64,000 bases of DNA from Pirellulales bacterium (lineage in GTDB: Bacteria; Planctomycetota; Planctomycetia; Pirellulales; UBA1268): NCBI GenBank assembly GCA_044358905.1, contig JBIKND010000001.1, positions 5,476 to 69,475 of the forward strand, given 5' to 3'. Both the position numbers and the translations under genes were made by a program. The notes below the pieces were generated by a model. The model saw only the letters and a list, made by a program, of their open reading frames with translations. It was not told the DNA's origin and did no database searches. Of this stretch, positions 32,039 through 42,640 are shown piece after piece; position 1 is the stretch's first letter, and each line of letters opens with the position of its first letter.

Positions 32039-32833
32039 ATGATGCTGCTCGTCGTCTCCGCAATCTGGTCACTGGCCGCGGCTGTCGGTCCGGCGGCAGA
32101 ACCGCTCCCGCGGACGAACATCGTCGTGCACGGCCTGTCCAGCGACCGGGCCACGGCGATCCGCGACCATGCCGAACGGATCCGCTCCCGGGCGTTCGCC
32201 CGCCTGCTCGGCGACGATGCGCCGCACCCCTGGCTGGCACGCTGTGAGATCCACGTTCATCCCACGGCCGCTGCCTTTGCCGCCGCGGTCGGCGGGGCGC
32301 CCGACGTGGCCCGAGGGGCGACGACGATCGAGTTCACCGGCGCAGCGGTGTCGTTGCGGAGAATCGACGTCATGGACGGAGCGGGGACGATTCCGGACTC
32401 GTTGGCACACGAACTCGTGCATGTCGTGCTGGCCGATCGCTTCACCGCCGGCCCGCCGCCCCGGTGGGCCGACGAGGGCCTGGCTGTCCTCTTCGATGCC
32501 CCGGAAAAGCAGCGCGGACATGACGAGGATTTCCGCGCGGCCCGCAGGCACGGCCTCGCCTGGAAGGCGGCCGATCTGCTCGCGCTCGAAGAGTATCCGG
32601 AAGGCTCTCGGCGGCAGCGGGTGTTCTACGGCCAAAGTGCCGCGCTCGTCCGCTGGCTGATTGCCCGCAGGGATGCCCCGACGTTCATCCGCTTTCTCGA
32701 GGATTGCCCGCAGCGCGGAATCCGAGAGTCACTCGAAAGGCATTACGAACTACGGTCAGTGGAAGACCTGGAACTCGCCTGGAGCGAGGTGCCGGCAGAA
32801 GAGATGCTGAGCCTGGCCGAGCGTTCCCCCTGA
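32039..32833 (+). CDS. Secreted putative zinc metallopeptidase (HExxH, peptidase MA-like)
   Basis: Lies inside ORF 31922..32833. I trimmed it to MMLLVVSAIWSLAAAVG, which looks like a signal peptide (ATG at 32039). HELVHV followed by WADEGLAV fits an HExxH...E arrangement. Confidence 0.6.
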   Translation: MMLLVVSAIWSLAAAVGPAAEPLPRTNIVVHGLSSDRATAIRDHAERIRSRAFARLLGDDAPHPWLARCEIHVHPTAAAFAAAVGGAPDVARGATTIEFTGAAVSLRRIDVMDGAGTIPDSLAHELVHVVLADRFTAGPPPRWADEGLAVLFDAPEKQRGHDEDFRAARRHGLAWKAADLLALEEYPEGSRRQRVFYGQSAALVRWLIARRDAPTFIRFLEDCPQRGIRESLERHYELRSVEDLELAWSEVPAEEMLSLAERSP

Positions 32834-32944
32834 CGCGCATCGCGGGTCCGCCCTCCCGGAAACTGGGACACGTGAAACCAACGGGGCCGGCGCTCCTGCG
32901 AGAGCCGGCCCCGTGTCTCTCGGCTCGAGTGCTGCGTCGGTGCG

Positions 32945-33175
32945 TCAGCGGCCGCTGCCGTAGTGGCCGGCCGGCTTGGCGGCCGCGTGCCGCCAGGTCG
33001 CATCCGCCGCGTGCGGACTGTCGCGCCGCACGTCGCCGCGTGGCGCGGGCGTGACCGAATAACTGCGATAGGAACGGGTGGGCCGCGGTGCAGTCGGCCG
33101 AACCACCTGCTGGGCCTGCGCGACGCCCACCAGGGCGGCGGCCAGGACCACCATCAACGTCAAGGAACGTGTCAT
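32945..33175 (-). CDS. Small secreted hypothetical protein (76 aa)
   Basis: Lies inside ORF 32945..33430. I trimmed it to MTRSLTLMVVLAAALVGVAQAQQ (ATG at 33175). AAGGAG lies 7 nt upstream. Confidence 0.45.
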   Translation of the reverse strand: MTRSLTLMVVLAAALVGVAQAQQVVRPTAPRPTRSYRSYSVTPAPRGDVRRDSPHAADATWRHAAAKPAGHYGSGR

Positions 33176-33332
33176 GATCGACTCCTTAGATTCGGACTTC
33201 CAGAAAACAGTCCTCAAACCCCTGGATCTGGTCCGCGGGTCTGACCACCTGATTCTACGCATTCTTCGGCCGCCGGTTCGGCACCGGCAGGCCTGACCTT
33301 CGTGGTCCGTGACGTTCGGCCGCGAAGCCGCG

Positions 33333-34820
<1,488 letters not shown>

Positions 34821-34996
34821 GGCGGCTTCCAGGCGGCGAAATCGCCGATTATAGCCGCCGAAAATGCCGCCGCCCCCCGGGTGATGAGCCGCTCGAATCG
34901 GGAGCGGACACACAACGTGCCGCTTGCCCGACGCGTGGCCGGCAAGAGCGGCGCATCACCTGGGGGGCGTAGGTCCCGGGTCGCGGGACGGATCGA

Positions 34997-35281
34997 TCAG
35001 CTGAACGTGCCCGGCTCGCCCACGACCGGCGTCCCGGCGGGCGCCGACATCACGGCGCCGCCTTCCTCGCAGCAGGCACCGCCGGCGGCAGGCGCCCCGC
35101 AGGCCGGGCCGCAGGCGGGCTCGCAGACCGGCGCGTGGCACGGATCGGCCTGCCGGCCGCACGGGGAGCGGAACTCCATGAACGACGGACGCCGGCAGCT
35201 CGAGCCGCCGAAGCAGCTGCTGCAGCCGGGGGCGGCCACCAGGCCGCCGAGAATCATCGCCAGACAGAAGAATCGCGACAT
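34997..35281 (-). CDS. Small Cys-rich lipoprotein (94 aa)
   Basis: The signal and lipobox region is MSRFFCLAMILGGLVAAPGC. There are 13 Cys in total, including PCHAPVCEPACGPACGAPAAGGACC. Confidence 0.5.
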   Translation of the reverse strand: MSRFFCLAMILGGLVAAPGCSSCFGGSSCRRPSFMEFRSPCGRQADPCHAPVCEPACGPACGAPAAGGACCEEGGAVMSAPAGTPVVGEPGTFS

Positions 35282-35552
35282 GACAGGCTCTCCACCGCGG
35301 ACGGACCGGGAGGCGGTCCGGAAAGGACGGGAAGCGTCGTCGCCGACGACGCCACGGGAACCCTAGCCCACGATTTGGCATGCGGTCGGCGGCCCTGGGA
35401 TTTTTCCGGGCCCTTCGACGGGCGGCCTCTGCCGACCGTGCCGGCCATTCCGCCCCTGTCGATCGTGGCGCCGATGATCCGCCGCAACCGGCCCCGTCGC
35501 CGGCTCCTGCGTCCGGACCGCGTGCTAGGGTTTTTCAAGGCCGCGGTGATGG

Positions 35553-36620
35553 ATGCCGCGGCGACGACCGGTGGATGGCATGGCAGCCCGGGACCATAGT
35601 GTGCGGTTTCGAGAGGTCGTCCGCCTCGCGCGGCATTGGCCCGCCTGCGCCGCGATGGTCGCAGCGCTGCTCGCTGGCCGGCCGACGACGGCCCATGAGA
35701 TGCCGTCCCCCGGCTCCCGAGCCCTGCAAACCGTCGACCCTTTGCCGGGCGACGACGAGGCGTGCCGCGGCGTGGACGCCTGGTCGGTGAGCACCCGACG
35801 GTTGCCCGGCATCTGCCGCATGCCCGCCGCCGCCGAGCTCGCTGTGGAACGGTGCGTCGACCCCGACTGCGGCCGTTGGGAGCGGTCCGATCTGGCGAGC
35901 CTTCTCGGCGACCCGTCCCGGCCGCTCCTGATCTTCATCCACGGCAACCGCTACGAGGCGGGCGAGGCCAAAGGACAGGGCGTGCTCCTCGCCCGGCATT
36001 GCACGGCCGGATGTCCGGGCGGCTGCCGGCCACGCGTCGTCATCTTCTCGTGGCCCAGCACCCAGCAAGGCATCCTTCTCAAGGACGGCCGCGCGAAGTA
36101 CGACCGGGCGCATGCCGACGGCCACTATCTGGCCTGGTTTCTCGGGCAGGTCGCGCCCGAGCGACCGGTGGCGATCGTGGGCTACAGCTTCGGAGCGCTG
36201 ATCACGCTGGAGGCGCTGGAGGATCTCGTCGCGGCCGAGCGGTCGGGCCGCACCGACGTCCTGCCCTGGACGCGCCGCCCGGGTCGCACGCATCTGGTGT
36301 TCGTTGCCCCGGCCGTGCGGTGCGACGCCCTGGCGCCCCGCGGACCCTACGCCGAGACGCTCGCCTGCTTCGACCGGCTGACGCTCGTGATCAACTCGCG
36401 CGACGACGCCCTGAAGTTCTTCCCGTGGCTCGATCGCGACGTCCGCGCCGACGCCCTGGGCAAGGTGGGCATGCCGCGCCGCTGGGCCGCCGGCGCGGAG
36501 TTCACGGCGACCGACGCGGCGACCGTCGTCGGCAAGAACCATGGCCTGCCGCTCTACCTGGCCTCGCCGGCGCTGTCGCGGCGGATCGCCACCGGCGCGC
36601 TCGAAGCCCTGGTGCCGTAG
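35553..36620 (+). CDS. Alpha/beta hydrolase, DUF900-like (putative esterase/lipase)
   Basis: 355 aa. It has LLIFIHGNRYE, the nucleophile elbow VGYSFGA (GxSxG), and NSRDDAL. The start is uncertain; M10 at 35580 is also possible. Confidence 0.65.
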   Translation: MPRRRPVDGMAARDHSVRFREVVRLARHWPACAAMVAALLAGRPTTAHEMPSPGSRALQTVDPLPGDDEACRGVDAWSVSTRRLPGICRMPAAAELAVERCVDPDCGRWERSDLASLLGDPSRPLLIFIHGNRYEAGEAKGQGVLLARHCTAGCPGGCRPRVVIFSWPSTQQGILLKDGRAKYDRAHADGHYLAWFLGQVAPERPVAIVGYSFGALITLEALEDLVAAERSGRTDVLPWTRRPGRTHLVFVAPAVRCDALAPRGPYAETLACFDRLTLVINSRDDALKFFPWLDRDVRADALGKVGMPRRWAAGAEFTATDAATVVGKNHGLPLYLASPALSRRIATGALEALVP

Positions 36621-36646
36621 CCGGGCGGCATCGACGGGCCGCGCGG

Positions 36647-39298
36647 TCAAAAGTCCGCCGGCTTCGCCGCTCGCCTCTGCCGTTCCTGCAAGGCCGCCGG
36701 GATCACGAAGTCTTCGGTCGGGCTGCCGTCGGGCTCGGCGATCAGTTCGAGTTTCTCGACGAGCGGGATCTCGACGTCCTCCTTCTCGATCAGGGCCGAG
36801 AGCGTCTTGGGGGAGATTTTTTCGAGGTTCGGCAGGGCGAGTTTGCCCTGGCGGGTGGCGAGCGCCGTGGCCACGGCGACGGAATCGGGAGCCGAAAAGG
36901 CCGTCAGCCCGGGGAGCGAGCCGGTCCAGGCCTTGCTGGCCGCAAGCGCCTTCGCGGCATCGGCGTCGAGGGCCGCGAGCCCGTCGAGGTGGAGTTGGCC
37001 TTCGAAGCCGACGAGCACCTCCGCGGTGTCGCCGTCGAGCGTGGTCAGGGCGTCGAGGTGCAGTTGGCGAGCATTTGAGCCACCTCCACAACTGATCATC
37101 AAACGTCCGCACATTGTCCCGCCGGGAGGCCGCGGTCGCCCGACCGTCAGTTCATGGCCCCGGAACGCGACCAACGCCTTGGCCGCGTCGGCGTCGAGCC
37201 TGGTCACGCCACGCAGCGTGAGGTACTGGCCGCGGAAGAGCGCGAGGGCCCGCGCCGCGTCGGCATCGAGCTGCGGGAGCCCGTCGATGGTGAGGAACCC
37301 GCGTTTGTGAGCCGAGAGCTCCCGGGCCACGTCGGCGGGCAGCGTCTGCAGGCCGTCGAGGTGCAGCGGGCCCTCGAACGCCGCCAACGCCCCGGCCGTG
37401 GCGGCGTCGATCGACGGCAGCCGGTCGAGGTGCAGCCAGGACCTCGCGTGGCCCGCGAGCGCCCGGGCGGTTTCGGCGTCGAGCGTGGTCAGGTTTTGCA
37501 GATACCCGACCCAGGCCGGGCATGCCGCGAGGCTTCGCGCCGCGGCGGGATCGAGCGTGGTCAGGCCATCGACGTAGAACCGTTTGCCCTGGAAGGCGGC
37601 AAGCGCCGCGGCGGCGGCGGCGTCGAGCCCGGTGACGCCGCTGAGATGCAGGGCCTCGCCCGCAAACCCGGCGAGCGCCCGGGCCGTGGCGGCATCAACC
37701 GCCCGCACGCCGTCGAGCCGCAGCTCGCCCTTGAACGCCGCGAGCCCCGTGGCGGCCTCGGCGGAGACCGCGGTCAGGCCGCGGAGATCGAGACACTTCC
37801 CACCGAACTGCGCTAGCGCCCCGGCGGCGGCGGGCGTGACTGCGGTCAACTTCGACAGGTCGCCATCCCACGCCGGCACGCGGACGAGCGCCTCCGCCGT
37901 GGCCGCATCGAGCGTGGTCAGGCCGCGGACGGAGAACTCCCGGCCCTTGAAAGCGGCGAGCGCCCGCGCGGCCTCCGCGTCGAGCGTGGTGATGGAGTGC
38001 AGGCGACCGTCCCACGCCGGCGATGCGGCGATCTTCCTCGCGGCCTCCGCGTCGAGCGTGGTGATGGAGTGCAGGCGACCGTCCCACGCCGGCGACGCGG
38101 CGAGCGCTGCGGCCGTCTCGGCATCGAGCGTGGTCAACTGGCCGACGTAGAACTGCTTGCCCCCGAGCCGGGCCAGGGCCCGGGCCGTCGCCGGATCCGG
38201 ATTCTTGATTCCGCCGAGCGACAGTTTTCCCCCCGTGAACGCCTCGAAGGCCCGGGCGACGTCGGGAGGGAGCGTCTTCAGCCCGTCGAGCGACAACTGC
38301 TCGCCCTCGAAGCCGGCGAGTGCCTGGGCCGTCGCCGCGTCGAGCGTCTTCAGCCCGTAGAGCGACAACTGGCCGGGGAGCGCGGCAAGGGCACCCGCCG
38401 TGGCGGCGTCGAGCGATCGCAGCCCTCCCAGATCCAGCCGCTTCCGATACCCGGCCAAGGCTTTGGCCGAGTCGGCGTCGAGCGTTTTGAGGCCGTCGAG
38501 CCTGAGCGAATCACCTCGATACCGCGCGAGCTGTGCGGCGGTCGGCGCGTCGATGGCCTCGAGGCCGTCCAGGGAGAGCGTCTCGCCCTCGAAGGTCGCC
38601 ATCGCCCGGGCCGCGTCGGCGGAGAGCGTCTTCAGGCCGCCGAGCGTGAGCAAATCACATCGACACTCCGCGAGCCGTTCGGCGGTCGGCGCGTCGAGCG
38701 TCGCGAGCCCATCGAGATCGAGCCAACCGTTTTCGTATTTCGCCAGCGCCTCCGCGGCGTCGGCGGAGAGCGTTTTGAGGCCGCCGAGATCGAGATGGAG
38801 TCCCTTGAAACTGGCGAGCGCCCGGGCCGTCTCGGCATCGAGCGAGCGCAGGCCCCCGAGGCCGAGGTCTCCCGTGAATGCCGCGAGCGTCGCGGCGGTC
38901 TTCCTGTCGATGCCCGTCAGGCCCTGGAGCGTCAGTTCTAGCGCGGTCGAGCCGGCGAGCGCCTCAAGGCTGGCGGCATCGAGATGCGCGAGGCCGTCGA
39001 GGTGGAGGCAGCCCTTGAAATCCGCGAGCGCCGCGGCGACGTCGGCGTCGAGCGTGGCCAGACCGCGGAGATACAGCCGCCCGTCGAACGCCGCCAGGGC
39101 CCGCGCGGTGTCGCGGTCGATCCGCCCGAGGCCGTCGAGCACCAGGGGAGTGGAACGCTCATGGTTCGCGATCAGACGCCGGGCCTCGTCGGCCGACAGG
39201 CTCTTGAGCTTTCGCGCGTCCGGCGGGCCGGCGACGACGGCCGGCACACCAGCCGCGAGTGCCAGCAACACGGCTCCTGACCGCAGAACGGATCGCAT
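36647..39298 (-). CDS. Secreted protein made of about 30 tandem 24-aa leucine-rich-type repeats (LxLxGLxxLDAxxAxALAxFxG), plus a conserved C-terminal module
   Basis: Lies inside ORF 36647..39367. I trimmed it to MRSVLRSGAVLLALAAGVPAVVAG (ATG at 39298). A 72-bp periodicity is visible in the DNA. The C-terminal module is LALPNLEKISPKTLSALIEKEDVEIPLVEKLELIAEPDGSPTEDFVIP. Confidence 0.8.
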   Translation of the reverse strand: MRSVLRSGAVLLALAAGVPAVVAGPPDARKLKSLSADEARRLIANHERSTPLVLDGLGRIDRDTARALAAFDGRLYLRGLATLDADVAAALADFKGCLHLDGLAHLDAASLEALAGSTALELTLQGLTGIDRKTAATLAAFTGDLGLGGLRSLDAETARALASFKGLHLDLGGLKTLSADAAEALAKYENGWLDLDGLATLDAPTAERLAECRCDLLTLGGLKTLSADAARAMATFEGETLSLDGLEAIDAPTAAQLARYRGDSLRLDGLKTLDADSAKALAGYRKRLDLGGLRSLDAATAGALAALPGQLSLYGLKTLDAATAQALAGFEGEQLSLDGLKTLPPDVARAFEAFTGGKLSLGGIKNPDPATARALARLGGKQFYVGQLTTLDAETAAALAASPAWDGRLHSITTLDAEAARKIAASPAWDGRLHSITTLDAEAARALAAFKGREFSVRGLTTLDAATAEALVRVPAWDGDLSKLTAVTPAAAGALAQFGGKCLDLRGLTAVSAEAATGLAAFKGELRLDGVRAVDAATARALAGFAGEALHLSGVTGLDAAAAAALAAFQGKRFYVDGLTTLDPAAARSLAACPAWVGYLQNLTTLDAETARALAGHARSWLHLDRLPSIDAATAGALAAFEGPLHLDGLQTLPADVARELSAHKRGFLTIDGLPQLDADAARALALFRGQYLTLRGVTRLDADAAKALVAFRGHELTVGRPRPPGGTMCGRLMISCGGGSNARQLHLDALTTLDGDTAEVLVGFEGQLHLDGLAALDADAAKALAASKAWTGSLPGLTAFSAPDSVAVATALATRQGKLALPNLEKISPKTLSALIEKEDVEIPLVEKLELIAEPDGSPTEDFVIPAALQERQRRAAKPADF

Positions 39299-39428
39299 GG
39301 GATGCTCCTGGTGACGCCGGGGAGTTCGGACCCTTCGATGCGCGAGCCAGCGCAGAGGTTCCCGCATTGTGGCGGAAACTATTCCCCGGCGACAGCACGG
39401 GCCATCCGGCGACCGGGTCGGATTGCCG

Positions 39429-40460
39429 TCAGGCGGCCCGGCGCGGGGCGAGAGCCTCGCGGGCCAGACGAGCCTCGACCATCATCCGCACGACGTCGGG
39501 CATCGTGTGCTGGGCGGTCCAGCCCAGCCGCGCCGTGGCGTGCGTCGTATCGGCCCGGCCGCAGACGATCTCGCTGGGCCGCGTCAGCTTGGGGTCGCGG
39601 GCCACGTGCCGCCGCCAGTCGAGCCCCACCGCCGCGAAGGCCGCCGCCACGAAGTCCTCCAGGCTCGACGTGTGCCCGGTGGCGATCACGAAATCCTCGA
39701 GCGGTTCGATCTGCAGCATGCGGTGCATCGCCACCACGTACTCCGGCGCCCAGCCCCAGTCGCGTTGCACCGAAAGATCGCCGAGCGAGAGCGTCTGCAG
39801 TTCGCCGCGGGCGATGCGGCAGGCGCCGGCGACGATCTTTTGCGTCACGAACCGCTCCGGCCGCAGCGGGCTTTCGTGGTTGAAGAGGATGCCGGTGCAG
39901 GCCGCGATGCCGTAGGCCTGGCGGTACTGGGCGACCTGCCAGAAGGAGGTGGCCTTGGCGATGCCGTAGGGGCTGCACGGCCGCAGCACCGTCTGTTCGC
40001 CGGCCGGTTCGGTGCCGGTGTTGCCGAACATCTCGGAGCTGCCCGCGTTGTAGAGCCGGATCGGCCGGCCCAGCATGCGGATCGCCTCGAGCAGGTTCAC
40101 CGTGCCGATGACGATGCTCTCGAAGGTCTCGACGGGCTGGCTGAAAGACAGCCCGACCGAGGTCTGGCCGGCGAGGTTGTAGATCTCGTCGGGCTCGTGC
40201 CGGGCGATGGCCTGCATGGTGGAACGGAAGTCGACGAGCGTCATCGACTCGACCGTCACGCGGTCGCGGATCCCGAGCCGGGACAGGCTCTCGAAGGAAC
40301 TGGCCTGGGCGTCGCGGCTGGTGCCCACGACGGCATAGCCGAGGTCGAGCAGGTGGGCGGCGAGGTAGGCGCCGTCCTGGCCGCCGATCCCACAGATCAG
40401 CGCGGTGCGGTCGGTCGTGGCGGGCGAGGATTCCATGGCGGGCGGAAGGTAGCGACCCAC
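39429..40460 (-). CDS. gmd: GDP-mannose 4,6-dehydratase
   Basis: 343-aa ORF. An alternative start, MESSPATT, is at 40436. Typical sequences ALICGIGGQDGAYLAAHLL, SSEMFG, SPYGIAK and LFNHESPLRPERFVTQKI are present. Confidence 0.9.
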   Translation of the reverse strand: MGRYLPPAMESSPATTDRTALICGIGGQDGAYLAAHLLDLGYAVVGTSRDAQASSFESLSRLGIRDRVTVESMTLVDFRSTMQAIARHEPDEIYNLAGQTSVGLSFSQPVETFESIVIGTVNLLEAIRMLGRPIRLYNAGSSEMFGNTGTEPAGEQTVLRPCSPYGIAKATSFWQVAQYRQAYGIAACTGILFNHESPLRPERFVTQKIVAGACRIARGELQTLSLGDLSVQRDWGWAPEYVVAMHRMLQIEPLEDFVIATGHTSSLEDFVAAAFAAVGLDWRRHVARDPKLTRPSEIVCGRADTTHATARLGWTAQHTMPDVVRMMVEARLAREALAPRRAA

Positions 40461-40502
40461 CCCCGCCGCTGGAACGGCAAAAAGGCCGCGTTTTTCCGCT
40501 GC

Positions 40503-41474
40503 TCAGGCCCGCGCGGCGAACCACTCCGCGGTCCGGGCCAGGCCCGCGTCGAGCGACACGCTCGGCCGCCAGGAGAGCACGCTGCCGGCGCGGGTGGCAT
40601 CGACGAGGTTGCTCCGCAGGTCGCCAGGCCGGGCCGGGCCATGCACCGGGACGGGCAAGGTCCGGCCTCGGCCCGCCCGCTCGAGCAGGCCCGCGATCGT
40701 GCCCCGCAGCGCCGCCTCGAGTTCGTTGACGTCGGTGCCGACGCCCGTGCCGATGTTGAGGCTCGTGAGCGTCCGCGGCTGCACCTCCGGCACGTCGGCC
40801 GTCAGGGCCAGGAGGTTCGCCCGGGCCACGTCGGGGCCGTAGACGTAGTCGCGCACGTAGCGGCCGTCACCGTTGATGGTGGCAGCCTCGCCGGCGAGCA
40901 GTTTCTTGCAGAAGATCGCCACCACGCCCGCCTCGCCGTGGGGGTTCTGCCGCGGGCCGTAGACGTTCGAGTAGCGCAGCGCCACCGCCGCCATCCCGTG
41001 CTCCTCGGCGTAGAACTTCAGATAGCGCTCGCCGACCCACTTCGTGATCCCGTAGGGGCTGACCGGGTTTGCGGGCGTCGACTCGGGGGCCGGCACGGTC
41101 ACGTCGCCGTACAGCACGCCGCCGGACGAGGCGAACACGAACCGCTTGCAGCCAGCCTTGGCCGCCGCATCGAGGACGTTGATCAGCCCGATGCAGTTGA
41201 CCTGCGCGTCGAACAGCGGTTCGCGAACCGACCGGCTCACCGACATCTGCGCCGCCTGGTGGCAGACGACATCCGGCCGCTCGGCGGCGAACACCCGCGC
41301 CACGGCCAGCCCGTCGACGATGTCGACGACGTGCAGCGGCACTGCCGGCGGCAGGTTGTCGCGGGAGCCGCTGGAGAGGTCGTCGATCACGGCGACGGAG
41401 TGGCCCGCCGCCAGCAGGGCGTCGACGATGTGGCTGCCGATGAAGCCGGCGCCACCGGTGACGAGAATCTTCAT
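40503..41474 (-). CDS. NAD-dependent epimerase/dehydratase (GalE-like SDR)
   Basis: 323 aa. It has MKILVTGGAGFIGSHIVDAL, SSGGVLYG and the YxxxK motif in SPYGITKWVGE. Confidence 0.9.
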   Translation of the reverse strand: MKILVTGGAGFIGSHIVDALLAAGHSVAVIDDLSSGSRDNLPPAVPLHVVDIVDGLAVARVFAAERPDVVCHQAAQMSVSRSVREPLFDAQVNCIGLINVLDAAAKAGCKRFVFASSGGVLYGDVTVPAPESTPANPVSPYGITKWVGERYLKFYAEEHGMAAVALRYSNVYGPRQNPHGEAGVVAIFCKKLLAGEAATINGDGRYVRDYVYGPDVARANLLALTADVPEVQPRTLTSLNIGTGVGTDVNELEAALRGTIAGLLERAGRGRTLPVPVHGPARPGDLRSNLVDATRAGSVLSWRPSVSLDAGLARTAEWFAARA

Positions 41475-41742
41475 GTCGCTATCGAACCCCGGGGATGCAG
41501 TGATTCATGGTCGTCGCTCGCACGCCGCCGGTGGATCGCATGCAAATTTGTGAAACACCGGCTCGGGGGCGGCAAAAGTCTCCTCGCTGTGGCCGCAGCG
41601 GCCACACGCTCGTCGAGCGTTCGCCGACCCCCTCGCCTCCCTCACGCCAACCGCTAGCGGGTCGCTAGAGTGAAACGAGTCCGGCTCTATCATACGGGCC
41701 GTCACGATCGACCGCCATCACGCGCCGGCCGGCGGGTGCCGC

Positions 41743-42501
41743 ATGATCCTCATTCAGCAGGCGTACGACGCACCCGACCCCCGCCGCCGGCGGGAACTGG
41801 TGGAGGCCAGGGCGCGGAACGCGGACGCCGGCGTGTTCGATGCGATCGAGACGGTCGACGGCGCCGACCGCCGCGCGTCGTTCGCCGACCTGTTCCGCCT
41901 GGCGGCCGACCGGTTCGCCGGCGAGGTCTGCGTGATCGCCAACAGCGACATCGCTGTCGATGCGTCGCTGCGCCTGGCGGCATCGCTCGTGACGGGCACC
42001 CAGCCCGTGCTCGTGGCGCTCACGCGGTGGGACGACGCCGCCGGCCCGTCGATGGAGGGCCGGGTCGATCCCGTCGCCTGGCGGTTCTACTCGCACTCCC
42101 AAGACGTCTGGGCGTTCGTGGCCGGTCGGCTCCCCGCGTTCCCGGCCGATTTCCTGCTCGGCATTCCGGGCTGTGAAAGCCGGATGGCCTACGAGGCCGC
42201 TGCCGCGGGCGTGCGGATCGTCGATCCGGCACTCTCGATTCGGACCGCGCACCTCCACGCTTCGGGAGCGCGGACCTGGACCCGGCGTCAGGCCTACCGT
42301 GGCCCGCACTTTTTTCCCCGGCTCGTCACCGCCGAGGAATCCGCGGGGGCCGGCTTGGTCGTGCTCCGGTCGGTCTGGGGGCGCCGCGAGATTCCGGTCC
42401 CGGCCACGGGCGATGCCGCCGCCTTTGCGGAGACGCAGACGACAGCACTCCGGGGCGGCCGGATCGGCCTGCGGAGCCCGCTCTACGTGCGCCGTCGGTA
42501 G
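41743..42501 (+). CDS. Hypothetical protein; a glycosyltransferase-like role is suggested only by gene context
   Basis: 252-aa ORF with normal amino-acid composition (MILIQQAYDAPDP...VIANSDIAVD...SQDVWAF). I do not recognise a diagnostic family motif with confidence. Confidence 0.5.
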   Translation: MILIQQAYDAPDPRRRRELVEARARNADAGVFDAIETVDGADRRASFADLFRLAADRFAGEVCVIANSDIAVDASLRLAASLVTGTQPVLVALTRWDDAAGPSMEGRVDPVAWRFYSHSQDVWAFVAGRLPAFPADFLLGIPGCESRMAYEAAAAGVRIVDPALSIRTAHLHASGARTWTRRQAYRGPHFFPRLVTAEESAGAGLVVLRSVWGRREIPVPATGDAAAFAETQTTALRGGRIGLRSPLYVRRR

Positions 42502-42640
42502 GCCAGCGGGCAACTCGGAAGCCCAAGCCCGGATTCATGTTGCGCCGCCCACCGCGCGGCGATCGCCGGATTTTTGACCCGCCCGTTGCGTTCGGTATCC
42601 TGCTTAAGTCGGCTGATTCCGGCGATTTTCCGGCGCCACC

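Noticed and set aside
35535-37112. ORFs 35535..37112 (-) and 35762..37078 (+)
   Set aside because: They are alternate-frame or antisense to the DUF900-like hydrolase, which has a GxSxG elbow, and to the 3' end of the repeat protein. Their composition is Arg/Gly/Pro-rich.
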